DNA from: Ramazzottius varieornatus
Taxonomy: Eukaryota; Animalia; Tardigrada
NCBI GenBank assembly: GCA_001949185.1
Contig: BDGG01000021.1
Location: forward strand, 86,817 to 150,816
Direction of reading: 5' to 3'
Length of the DNA: 64,000 bases
Position numbers and translations under genes: made by a program. The notes below the pieces were generated by a model, which was given only the letters and a program-made list of their open reading frames with translations, was not told where the DNA came from and did no database searches. Positions 1 to 11,968 of the stretch are shown one piece after another; position 1 is the stretch's first letter, and each line of letters starts with the position of its first letter.

Positions 1-590
1 CAGCCAGGCCCGAAACTTACCGTCGTGCAGCACCCGCCATCCTCTGTGGGGCTGTTGCCACCGCCCTCCTTTATTCCCTGTACAGATCTCGGACCAAGAG
101 ACGCAGACAGTTTAGGGAAGCCTACCCTCGGCTAGCGGAAGCCACGACAGCCCTCCCAACCCAGGCTGTAGAAGAGGACTTTTACGTCAGAGCGGCTTCA
201 CCGGAGGACGTTTGCTCCGATCTTGTGCTGCCCTCGGATCTCTTACAGCAGGCGGATAGGCTTGACAGCGACTGGATCAACAGGGTGGAGAGCAACTTTG
301 ATGTGGATATTCGGATAACGACTACGGAGACCGCCCACGCGGTCCTGTGTTTTGTGGGCTCGTCGCGGAATATTGACAGAGCAATGAGGTATCTTAAATC
401 CTTCTTCAGAGAGTTGATCGGCGAAGGCGCAAGCAGGCACACCACAGTATCGTCAGTGGAGCTGACGGTAACGGCTGAGAAGGAACCACTGCCGTCACTG
501 AGCGTCGATCAATTCCATCCGGCAGACGTACGTGGAAGGACGCCCGTCAGTGGATCGGTAGCTGGTCTGGGAGATGTTGTTAGACTGTGA
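1..590 (+). CDS. 3' end of an unknown gene; possible degenerate KH-like domain
   Basis: ORF ends at 590. WINRVESNFDVDIRI...LCFVGSSRNIDRAMRYL fits the KH hydrophobic pattern but lacks the GxxG loop. The 5' extent is unknown. Confidence 0.25.
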   Translation, partial: ARPETYRRAAPAILCGAVATALLYSLYRSRTKRRRQFREAYPRLAEATTALPTQAVEEDFYVRAASPEDVCSDLVLPSDLLQQADRLDSDWINRVESNFDVDIRITTTETAHAVLCFVGSSRNIDRAMRYLKSFFRELIGEGASRHTTVSSVELTVTAEKEPLPSLSVDQFHPADVRGRTPVSGSVAGLGDVVRL

Positions 591-1454
591 TACATATACA
601 TATATTCGTTTACATTGCTCGATTGATCTTTGTGCTGGTTGGATGAACTTTAGTTGCCATGAAAGTACGCGTAGAAAGACGCAGGAATTGTGGCTACGGT
701 AGCGAATGTTGTGTTGCCTGTTTGTACGGAGTGCGATTCACTAGTTTGATACTAAAAGAAGAGCGCTAATTCGGTGGGCTAATTACTGACTGTCGACTGT
801 TAATTTTGCCGTTTTGGGGTGATCGGTTCCGTAGTGGGACGAAGGAGCTGTGTAGTGTAAGCTAAAGGATGCATCGGCAACACCTTGATCATGAATTCGA
901 AGGGTTGAACGTCGAATGCAAGTGTGCCGACTCAGCAGCTTGCGACCCTCAAAATCTTCGTCTAGGCGATGTGGGCCACGGTACCTTTTCCCAACTTCGC
1001 TATCGAAACCTGCCCTTCGAGAAACTGATCGGGTTCCACTACAGTCCTTTCCCCGAGCGACGGCTAACAGGTAAACCTCTGATGATATTTTCCCCCGTTT
1101 ACAGCTTTGAACTGGTTGCAAGATGCAGTAATGCCCGTTGCAGATTCGACCGCAGTACAGGATGATAGCCACCGTGGCTTCCTCATGCCGTGGGCTACCA
1201 TCAATGCCACGCCGACCTGTAGCATTAGCTCAACCAATTCCCCTTCCCAATTTGACGAGACAGCCTGAAAATTGGCAGACACCACCTGCAGCTGGCCACC
1301 CCTTTGAACAGGATCAGTCCGGCATCATCCGATCATACACGTGAGTACGAGGAGCGAGGCCTAACTTGGCTCACGGGTCTACGTTACCCGGTCAAGTTCT
1401 TCAGGCGGCGCTGCCGGTGGCAGAATTAGCTGGCGCCGGTGAGGCAACTCGGAG

Positions 1455-4359
1455 TAGAGCTCGTAGCAGCGTGGTCACGCGGTACCACGCTGATCCACGC
1501 GGCTCGCTCCGCGTGGATCAGCCCAAATTGTACAGGGATTGTGCGTGGATCAGCGAAGCGTAGCACAGGTGTCAGCCCATAACAGTTCGCGCAGTATGAC
1601 TGACTCTGTCTTCCACCGCGCAGCTGAATGCGTGCCATTTTCGTACTCTATGGAGCACTGAAATACATATTCGGGCCTCGTAGTTTACGATGACCTCATA
1701 GTTTTTGATATTTTATCGTTGGTTTCTACTTCCGGAATCCGTCGTGTTTTTAGGTTTGAAATTCTGTTTTTATTTGTGATTTTCGTCGATGAGCATAGCC
1801 AGAATTTCCGTCCATACTTCTCACTTTCTATTTTTTTACGTTCGCTGGGACATTTAGGTGCATTCCAGCCATGTCTGAATCAGAAGAGGAATCTGGAGAT
1901 AGTCAGGAGGTGATCGACCTTGTCGGAGCGGACGACGGAGTAGCGAGAAAGGGCAGCAAGCGGACCAAAAGCAAGACAACCCAGCCATCAAAGCGAGCTT
2001 CTGACCGGACAAGCGACTCACTGACTCCCAAGAATGTCGAAGAAGGAAGGAAAGCTGGCCTATATGAATGCTTAGCCGTGGTGGACGGGCAGAGTGACGT
2101 ATGGCAGTCGTACACGAGAGTGGTAATGGCCGGGATGTCGGAAATCATGGATTTTGTTTGTTGTAACTTCTGCCAATGTATCTATCGCTTCAAAAAGTAC
2201 GGTACAACGTTCCTAAAGAACCACGTTGACAAGTGCAGGCTAAACAACAACAGGTCGAATAGCCAGCGTAGCATGAAGGATTACGACACTCCGATTGCCT
2301 CGAAGAAATGTCATAAAATTATCAATACAGCCTTTGCGAAGTAAGTCTCATTTCTCAAGTTTATATTTAGAGTGGAAATCAGATGCTTGTTTTGTTCGCA
2401 GATTTTCGGCCATCGACAGTGTGAGGTTGTGGGTTTCCATATCCTCACGGATGCAGAGTTGGAAGTAGCCAGAAGGTATCGGGGAATCTGAAGTTGAGCG
2501 CGAAGGACTTGCGTCCCACTGGAAAGACTGTAAGCAGCCATGTGACTACTGAGGCGAAGAAACTGCGATAACAGCTGATGGGCAAGATTAGGAATATCGT
2601 TCAGAAAGAAGGTGGCTGTATGACTCTGGATGGATGGACGGAAGATCACACGAAGACCAAGTTTATCGGGTTTACTTTTCATTATATTGAAGATTATGTC
2701 CTGAAGATTCAGCTGCTCTTTATTTCCGAATTCCCGTACAACGAGAAACAAGGCGGTAAGTTGACAGTCAGCTGTTTCCGTTCTCTGCTGCATCATCGTC
2801 CTACTTCCATTCTGCGGACTTGAATAAGTTCTGTATCTCCAGGCCTTAAAATTCGGAATTTCTTCCTTTGGAAACTGTCTTCCGAGAAGATGACTGCAAC
2901 AAAACGACCTTCGTTACCGACCAGGCCGTTTACATGGTTCTCGCTTTCAAGCTACCTGGTCGTCCGGAAATGCGGCGCATAAGCTGCGCTTGTCACATGC
3001 TCAACACCATTTATCAGAATTTCATCAATCAGAAGCCCAGGTCGGTTTTCTTAATGCCAGCGGTAGCTCGTCCAGTTCTTGACCTGATTAAAAAATGTAA
3101 AGTCCTGGTAACCCACTGCAAGCAAGCGTACCTCGTTCGCGAACTGTCCGTTGCACCGGTACAAGCTTGTGAAACACGATGGAAAACTACAGTGGACATG
3201 CTTGATTCGATAGTTCGGGTCTATGGTGAGCCGGAAGGAATTTTGTTCAGAAGAGATGAGACCGATAAGCTGCCTGCTTCCCTCGAGTTCATGAAGGCGA
3301 TAGTTGACATGCTTCGACCGCTCAAAAAGTTGACGCTTGCCCTCAGTTATTCCAGTAGTCCCACAATCCATCTCGTTGTACCACATTTCTTTCGAATAAA
3401 GAAAGAACGTGTGACGGCCCCCGAGCTGGACGATATGGAGGAATACAAAGCCCTGGAAGCATTTCGGGTAAGAATAGCGTAGTACTAGCTACTGTATTCT
3501 GCATGGAGGATTGGACAGTTGAAGACACCATCCTAGATTTAATCAAGTTACGCTCTCGTTTGTTTAGGTACATGCGTGTCGAGTTGTGGAGGCAAAACTG
3601 ACCATCGAAGACGTCCACAAAACGGCCGTATTCCTGAATCCTCCGATGAAGAAGCTGTTGATGTTTACGCCTGAAGAGCAGAGGAGTGTGCTGCAAGCCG
3701 GTAGAAAGGAACTTGCTGCAATGGGTGGTTCTTTAGTTGCAACCACGTCGACTGCATATCACGGTAAGGGTACGTACTTATTTTCCAACATCAAATCGTT
3801 TTCTATTTGGATTGTCTTAAGTGTGGACTGTTATTAATCATGGCCTTCATCTTTTCATCAATAGGACTGGACATGGACCCTGAGTTCCATGAATACACGC
3901 AGTACGCGGACGTCGGACCTTCAGCGAGATCGCTGGATGAGGTGAACGTTTACCTGTCGATGCCTCCACCTCCAAGCACGAAGCCTCTGTTCGAGATATG
4001 AAGAGACTACAAAGACACTTTACCGAAACTACATGTATTAGTGAAGAGAGTTCCCTGTATTCAAGCCTCGAGTACGCCATCTGAAAGACTGTTTAGCGAT
4101 GCGGGAAATGTGTTCGCTGACAACAGAACTTGCTTCAAGGAAGATAAGCTTGATGACCTACTTTTCTTGAAGTGGAATTCGGAAAACAGAAATAAAAAAT
4201 AAATTTGCAGCTTGGATAGCGTGGTTTCTCATTTTTAAGCAAAACAGCGTAACGCCGCGCACGATACCATAAACTTCGCAGCGTAAAAATAGCGTGGATT
4301 TATTGTTAATACGAAAAGTCAGCTATAGCGTCGATTTGTTCACGCTACTCCGAGCTCTA
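1455..4359 (+). mobile_element. hAT DNA transposon, full length but inactivated
   Basis: 19-bp TIRs: TAGAGCTCGTAGCAGCGTG at 1455 and CACGCTACTCCGAGCTCTA ending at 4359 (17/19 match). 8-bp TSD ACTCGGAG/TCTCGGAG (7/8 match). Encloses a transposase. Confidence 0.9.
1871..4202 (+). pseudogene. hAT transposase pseudogene (intron-containing)
   Basis: BED finger (VWQSY..CCNFC..GTTFLKNH..KC), LDGWT, CACHML, TRW and the C-terminal dimerisation motif IQASSTPSERLFSDAG. In-frame TGA at 3999-4001 where Trp is expected; frame disruption near 2400-2570. Confidence 0.85.
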
Positions 4360-5693
4360 TCTCGGAGAAAGTGGGTAAAGTTCTAACCATTCCGCATTCG
4401 CAATGATATTCGGGCCTTGATTAGATGATTGTCAAAACATGCTGCACCAACATACAGCGCACTGGCGGCAGCGCTTCACATCGCCATCTCGCTGAAGCGT
4501 GGATGGATTTCGCTACTTGTACTTTCAAAACGTAGCCAAGAGTTTCTTACTCATGGTCAAAGCCAAGGATGGGAGGAAAAAGCTGTCTGCCACAGATGGT
4601 ATTCGCCCCAAACAGCCGTCTTCAGTTTGGCAACCGTACTTCCGGTGACGTCATGCGCCACCGGAAGATACAACGGCTAATAATCAAACCAGCGTAAATC
4701 CTTTCTTTCACATTTCTTTTCCTGCATTCGGCTCTTAGAAATAAGAACTAGTTTCAAGCTACAGTTCGATACCTGTATAGTTTTAATCCGACCAGTGATA
4801 GCCTCAGATTTGAGCAGGAGAACATCTTAATAATGCGCTGACGTCTCCCCGTGGTCTATCCATGGATATTAGGCGAATAGAAACAGAAGGATAGCCGTCA
4901 GAAATCAGAATTCGCCAAAGAGCATCCCGCAGAGACAGACAAGGTAAATCGTGAGGCAAAGAGATGCAAAGAGAAGTCATCGGTGGTCCAGCTGTGCCGT
5001 CTGCAGAAAGCGTGCTCTCTGATATCGGACGAGATTCCCGAACGACTTCCTCTCGGAAATTTCTCGCGTCATGATCTTCCAGTTCTTAGATCTTATCGGC
5101 TGATATTCCCCGGTAGCGGGATGACCAAGAGCTGATCTCGACTTTCTGTAACGGCCATTCGTCCCCACGAGCTAGCAAAAAATTATAGCCGTTTCAGATT
5201 CTGGGAAAGACGAACGCTTGCGTGGCCAGGGTAGCAAAGTGCTGCGCATCAGCCTTTTGCGCACTAGAACTACAGCTCAAACTGTGCGCCAGACTCTCCT
5301 CTATGTTCCAGTGAAGTCGGTTTGAGCATCAAGATTAATGGTTGGCGGAATCCCCTTGTAAGGGGAATACAGGGAGTCTCGTCTCGGGTCTAACAGGAAG
5401 AGAAGATTTTTTCCTGTGGGAAAATTTTTCACCTGTGGGAAAGTTTTTTAGCGAGCCGCTTGAGGTGTGCGTGTCGCTTTCGTTAAGTTGTTGTAGGTAA
5501 GACAACAGGACGTGTCGCCACCGCGCGGCCTAAAAGCTGACGACTTCGCTATGCGATTTTGCATTTACAAGTCCGCTATGTTCACCTCGCACCTCAAGTG
5601 GTGACCAAATCGTTACTAATAGCTTTAAGAGTATAACTTTGATCAAGAAGAAGTGTTGGTATATTCTCAGGCACACTGTATGCTGATAGTGTA

Positions 5694-6573
5694 CAGTCAC
5701 GCTCAATGGTCATCGCCACCCCATGGTTTTACTTTGATTGCGTGTATCTTTTGATTCTGTCGTTCGATTTTGATGATTTGAACGACATTACTTAGAGCAC
5801 ACCTTGAACTTTGTGATCACGTGACAGACAGATTGCCTGTTCAACCAATCAACCGGTACGCGTGGCTGGTTCGAACAAGGAAATATGGGTCATTTTTGGC
5901 GGCTTATCTCGCGTCACGTGATAGGCTTTTGGGAAAACCTAAACGGCCAAAAGGTAGTCTATAAATCATTGTATAAACAGCCGTAAGAGATCTCCTGCTA
6001 AAATTTCCTACGAAATTTTCCCGTATGCATTCTACGCCCACTTTCTCTTAAAAGTGAATGTGTCTTTTTCCTTCTTGCTAATACGTGGATTTTTTACCAG
6101 AACACTATGCTATTTGAACGGACCAAACACTTTGCTACCAGCGGAATTTTTTTCGCAGAAATCGGATGTGCACGAAGAAAAATATTCCAACTTTTAATCT
6201 CTGATCCATAAAGAACATTGCAAAGTGGGCGGTAGAACGCATATGGAGAAATTTCGTAGGAAATTCTTGCAGGAGATCTCTTACGGCTGTTTATACAATG
6301 ATTTATAGACTACCTTTTGGCCGTTTAGGTTTTCCCAAAAGCCTATCACGTGACGCGAGATAAGCCGCCAAAAATGACCCATATTTCCTTGTTCAAACCA
6401 GCCACGCGTACCGGTTGATTGGTTGAACAGGCAATCTGTCTGTCACGTGATCAAAAAGTTCAAGGTGTGCTCTAAGTAAAGTCATTCGAATCATCAAAAT
6501 CGAACGACGGGATCAAAAGACACATGCAACCAAAGTAAGACCATGGGGTGGCGATGACCATGGAGCATGACTG
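5694..6573. mobile_element. Foldback/MITE-like element with ~350-bp terminal inverted repeats
   Basis: 5694-~6045 is the near-perfect reverse complement of ~6222-6573. Termini are CAGTCA...TGACTG with TA on the left flank (Tc1/mariner-like). No ORF. Confidence 0.85.
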
Positions 6574-6634
6574 TGTGTCCGCCCTGACCGCTCATTTCAC
6601 GGGCGCATGTCGAACTTATTTTTTGTACTTCAAG

Positions 6635-8220
6635 ATTGTCTGGATATCGCGAAGCTGACGTCACGCCCCTTCCAAAAGGCATAAACGTTCGGAGTGTAAT
6701 CCAACAAGCGCTAAACGCAGCAACGTTAAACAGTAAAGACCCATTACAGTCCCCTCGTTCGAAATGTGTGCAAAATCTTCCGATTTTCAAAGCATGAAAA
6801 TCATTCAAAGTTAACGATACTGCTCGCCATGCTCATCACAGCCGAATATCTGTGACTTAATTGCTTGACTACATCAGTTAAAGCATTTTAATGAATGTGT
6901 TATGTAATTTGACCTGTGGCCTTGGCGTGCTGTGCGGTGAACGTTTAGCAGGCTTCAAATTGAAACCGAAAACTTCTGTTCACTTTTTAAGCGAGTGGAC
7001 TGTTTCTTGCTGGACCCAGCCCTGCCTTGTACAGTGACCAAAGTTCGGCATGTATAATTGACGGTTCATTAATTACACTACAGCTACATCATCATCCGAG
7101 AGTGGAGAAACTCTTTTGCCAAAAATGGGTTCAAGACATTACCATCGACACATTTTGGTTCATCTATTTGGAGCAGTTTTGCAGAGATCGCAGAGAAGAA
7201 AGCAACGTCAGTATTCGAGCAAAATTATTCCACCGAATTGCTTTAGCGTACGGAGATGCCATACTTGCGTCACGAACGGAGCAATCAAGAAAGAGCAGGG
7301 TGATTTTCACAACTGGCGATGAAGAATTTCACAAGGTTCGGATAGGTTTGATATCGGTGACTTTGAATTCTGGGATAATTCTCTTTTTTCCAGGTCTTCC
7401 CAGATGTCTTAGCGCAATGTGACCACTGCGCCCTCTGCCTGGCTTTTCCCGTTTCCATCGCTAACAACTTTGCCACAGTTAACTCCCTGGACGGCCTGTG
7501 TGAGTCAGTCTGGTTGTGGTTCTGTTGTGGACCACCGCCCGCTCATTTATGGCATGGCTGGAACCTGGTCGAGCTGCAGGGACTGGTTAAGTACTGCGAC
7601 CTCAACAGCCTACAGATTGCCAATTTCAAGCGAAACAAAGGCGCTGACCATCGGCGTCAGCGTAAGCCATCTTCTTTCTTTTGCCAGATAGAAGCAAAAA
7701 TAATGCGCATACTTGTGGCTGACAGTACGAATGGCAAAGCGTCATCGGATGCTGCAGCCAAGATTGCCTGAGCGCGTCAACTACTGTACGATTCATATCC
7801 TGAAATGTCCCGTCTGGCCATTAGCAGGGCAGCGCAAGTGTCGCAGCCCTTGGCTCCTGCAATCAAAGGCAGACACATATTGGACCTGTCAGCCAGCTCG
7901 ACGGTGATGGATTACTACCTGGCCTCCAAAGGTAACGACAAGACCAAGTTCCACGGAAACAACTTTGCCCGAGGTCTACATTTTTCCGAGCTACAGCTGG
8001 TCCATGACGAGTAAGAGCCTTTGTTTACTCTTACTGTATACTGATTGCTCTGTTTTGCACAAGAACGGAAGAGGGAGCTCAAGTGCTTTTCCTTTGTAGA
8101 TTGGATCAAAGTGGGACGTTCCACACTTCACTGGAAGCATCAGCGAAGGCGCTCAAGGAAGCCAAAGAAATGTTCTCTACTATCCTAGACTTATCGGAAG
8201 CTCAATCCGCAGAAACTTGA
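6635..8220 (+). CDS. FAM227-like protein (multi-exon; 5' exons probably further upstream, ~4.8-5.7 kb)
   Basis: Spliced exons read LSGYREADVTPLP.., DTFWFIYLEQF..KLFHRIALAY..DEEFHK|VFPDVLAQC..LAFPVS..WHGWNL, matching the FAM227 FWWh-domain pattern as I recall it. GT-AG junctions are in frame; stop TGA at 8218-8220. Confidence 0.6.
6747..7002. mobile_element. Tc1/mariner-type MITE, family copy 1 (intronic)
   Basis: CAGTCC...GGACTG termini; internally similar to 60353-60613 (e.g. GAAAATCATTCAAAGTTA, TTTAGCAGGC, AAACCGAAAAC). Confidence 0.7.
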
Positions 8221-8935
8221 CTTCAAGAAGCTCATCCCACCGGGCGGAACTCTGCACTGTGCAGCCTGTGTTATAGTACTAAATCTTCTTGCCTGCCAGC
8301 AGGAGCAAAGTTTGCTCTCATCTTGTCATAATATCATCTGGTAGCAGATTTGCGAAATCAACCACTGATCATCCCAATAAATCGCCCCATTTCATAGACA
8401 GTGTTTGAACTATAAAATCGTGCACGGTATCATGCGCGCAGCATTTCCTGGTCGTCATGCCGGGATGATTATGGCTCGGTCTGTCCCATACATCGGCCCA
8501 GGGCTCCCATTCACAGACTTCCGCTTCGTCTTCCAACCAACATGAAATATCCAGAATCATGCCCTCAAGCCTATCATGCCATCGTCCTGTATCGTCCCAA
8601 CCAGCACGGGGATGCTGAAAATCCTTATGGATACTGAAGATGGTTGTATGGGGAAAACGCGCCGCGAGTGCAGTGTCTTTTTCGTTTCGCTATGCCCGCT
8701 CAAAAATTCAGTCAAAATTACTATTGGACAGTGAAGAATCAGCCATCCAGCGAATATACACCATACAAGGTCATTAGTTCACTATAAAGACTTCCACAGG
8801 TTTAAGCGGCTCATCCAAGCCTCGGACTTCAAATGGGCCTACAGAACATAAATCATGATGAAAAAACAGGCTTATCAATATTTTTGATGCAACTTGGCAA
8901 ATGGAGCTGGAGGACAGTGGGCCATAAGTCTTTCA

Positions 8936-9322
8936 TCAAGCCCATCCAGGTCCCCATCCGCGGGATACGAAGAGCTGTCGCAGGCGCGCCGCGGCAAGAG
9001 ATGAGGGTGGTTGAGGGACGGCTATGCCATTCAGCAGTGGTCCGCCATGGACGGCTTTTTGGCCATTGGCCGAAGCGGATGCCGGCAGGCGCTTCCCCTC
9101 AGGTCTGCCGCCCTTAAAATACTTGGAAGCTGCGGAACCTGACGCGCCCCACCCCGTACTGTAGAAAATGTGGCGTTTGTCCATCGCTTGATTAAGCCTC
9201 TCTTCCCCAAGATTCGACGGTAAGACCCGCTCGTCCGTTGAACTAGCCTCCCCGCGTTTGTAGTTGGTCGCGTTCGTTAAGGTTAGCAGACAGTTGCATA
9301 ACAGGGCGGCGGCCAGAGCCAT
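8936..9322 (-). CDS. Neuropeptide-like precursor with two F-x-S-x-G-W-G motifs
   Basis: Hydrophobic signal peptide; three KR sites; peptides HIFYSTGWGASG..PEG-KR (amidation signal) and RLR-QLFVSRGWGPGWA. Likely 5' UTR intron at ~9335-9429. Confidence 0.7.
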   Translation of the reverse strand: MALAAALLCNCLLTLTNATNYKRGEASSTDERVLPSNLGEERLNQAMDKRHIFYSTGWGASGSAASKYFKGGRPEGKRLPASASANGQKAVHGGPLLNGIAVPQPPSSLAAARLRQLFVSRGWGPGWA

Positions 9323-10268
9323 GCGTAGTCCGCATCTGTAAGATTTCTGGGGTATGGAAAAATGATCCAGTTATCCAATGTACCGTAAGGTCAAGTCTTT
9401 GACTAGTGAGAAAGCTTCGGTCACTTTACCTGCATATTGAGTCCTGAAAGCCGGCTACTTGGTCGTCCACCAATTCAGCAGATAATAACGGAGAAGACAC
9501 GGTAATCAGCGACGAGGAAATACTGTTGGATACCTGCGATAATCCACGCTAACCTTGTTGGCGCTTCAGCTTATTTATAATAAAAAATTCGGTGCTTGAG
9601 GCCATCACATCACATATTCGGATATTCTTTTCGTTCTGACTTGCGAGTTAATCCAATGGACGGTTCTGGCATAACAAGATGCAAAATAGAGTAAGGTTGA
9701 TCAGTGCACGCTCGAGGCCTAGCATTAATACGGTGTTCCGGGAAGTATGATATAATACCGCAATTCTTCCTTAGGAAGAGCCAGCGGAAAGGGCAAGGCT
9801 CATTACCGATTGTCTGGCGCATTTTCCGCTGACGTTTTTATTTCCTGGTTCGCAGGCTACGGAAGTGTCTCTCTCAAAAGACGCTTGTTCTCAGGATGGT
9901 TAAGCGCTGACGTCAACATGGCGAACGCACTTCGGTTTACCATTTGCTACAGAGATACTTATAAAGTACAAGTACAGTGTGCACGCGAAAAATGGAGATT
10001 ATAGTGGTTCCCCCTCGTACACTCGCACGATACGGCCAAAACAGAAGCAAGCACAGGCTCATCAAAAGCTTCATATTACTCCAACTTGATCGCCTGTACT
10101 GTACCGTGTAGCGCACTATACGTACTATATTCTTCACGGACCGAATTGAGGGGAATTCGGTGGAATGATCTCGCCAAGATGATCGTCTTGGATAGATGGC
10201 TGACGTAAGAAGCGGTCGTGAAAGAGCTACGCAGCAGGAAGGTGAGAGAGGAGAAGGAGAAAAGAGCT

Positions 10269-11312
10269 TTAGGATTTCATAAACTCTCGTAAATCTGTTC
10301 TCTGTTCCCAGTCGGTCATCCTGAGGCGTTTCCTGTTGCGAACGCTGCAGGAGCATCCACTGCCCAGGCGAACGCAAGACCAACCCGAAGCCGCTGGTCC
10401 CATGGAAGCTAGCACCACGAACTGCTGATAGCGCTGTACGCAGCTGGCCCCAGGATAGACTTTGGGGCATTGGTCCCTTGACGCGCCAGAGCTTTCCGTC
10501 CCGTTTCTGCAAGACACAAACCCATAACCCTAAGCATCAAAACAATTTGGCATGTTCAGTGTCAGTAATGAATTTCTGTCACTTGACAAATGTCAAGAGC
10601 GTAATTTAAGCGGTGACTGCTTAGACTCCCTCGGTGACTAAGATCAGCCAGAGGGCCCACGTGCAATTATCATCGTCATCGACCGACGTGAACAAGATGG
10701 CTACAGACATTCGTGTAACACTAACACAGAGACCTACATTGCGGCGTTCTTGCACTTGATGGTTCTCAGCGCACGATATGGCTGCCAATAGCGCAGCGTC
10801 ACCGCTTCGCCCACAAAGCATTCTTCCTGCGTCGAGCCAGGCTTAAGCACTTCCTCCACTTCTTCACATAAGCTTATGGCGTTAATTCGGTTGGCTTTGT
10901 CGCTTGACTCGCCCACGTCCTCGTTGACATTCTCTTCTGACTGACCAGCGATGGGCGGCGGTGCTGGAGCGAAGGTCCTTCGCGCCACAGGTGCGGATGG
11001 CGTGGTTGCGACGGGTAGATTGGCCAGGATATTGGGTAAACCTGGAGCGAGGGCGATGGGTAAGGCGGGAAGACCGACGGGTACTGCAACAGGAAGCCCA
11101 GCGGAAGCCATTGGAGAAGGCAAGGGCGCTGCGCCTGCGACGATGGGCGGCGCGGCGGTAGTGGCCGGCTCCGTCACGGGAGCAAAAGTTTCTGTCCCGT
11201 AGGTTCCGCCGGGGCGGGTGGTCCGACGTGGTGCCGTCCGCCGAGCAGCTTGCGAAGATGTTCTGTCCAATAGGAAACAAAGGAAGGCAACCAAATACAA
11301 TCGAGTCTCCAT
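10269..11312 (-). CDS. Secreted Spaetzle/neurotrophin-like cystine-knot protein (2 exons: 11312-10738, 10506-10269)
   Basis: Signal peptide METRLYLVAFLCFLL, Pro/Ala/Thr-rich pro-region, then LC..C..KC..QC..SCVQRY..W..VRLGSGCSC. A phase-2 GT-AG intron joins the two ORFs in frame. Confidence 0.7.
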
Positions 11313-11821
11313 TGTCACTCTTGTTTTGATCCTACAGTACAAGCCGAACCATCAGTAAACAGTCCCGCGTGAGGGGAATGATAGAGGATAGAAATATGGG
11401 TGGTGAAGAGAGAAAGCTGTTTGATCATCAACAAGGCCAGAGTTACTGTTGCCCCATGATAGATACGACGGTAGCTTCGTTCTGAGCTTGATAAGGCACG
11501 AAAATGCTTCCGGCCATCTTGCTCATCGGATTACCAGACACGAAATGTCGATGCGAGCTTGCGTATGGTGTGCTCGATTTCTGCTGTATGCTCCGTCTTT
11601 CTAATATTTCGGATACACAGCCAGATGTCATTACCCTACGGAAATCTCTGCATGGAAAGATCGTAGGAAAAAGTCTCCGCCCGAAAAAGCCCACGCTAAT
11701 TAACCAACCATTCAGGACACTTCTTTCAATCGGACTGAAGATCTTATCAAAGATTTCGATGGAGTTAGCCCGTGTAGTGCCAAGGTTGCCAGCTACACAG
11801 ACGATGGGGGAAAGTATGGAG

Positions 11822-11968
11822 CAGTAAAAGTTATGGAACAGACTTTTTCACTACGGCGTACGGAAGCACGTGCGTACACGACCGATTCACACTAATGCAC
11901 TTCCAACACTTTTCTACGGTTGAATTTCCATTTTACCGTCCTTTCCGCCTGTCCCATAATTTTTACTG
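11822..11968. mobile_element. MITE (CAGTAAAA-TTATGG family)
   Basis: TIR CAGTAAAAGTTATGGAACAG / CTGTCCCATAATTTTTACTG; reverse-complement homologue of 61963-62118. Confidence 0.7.
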
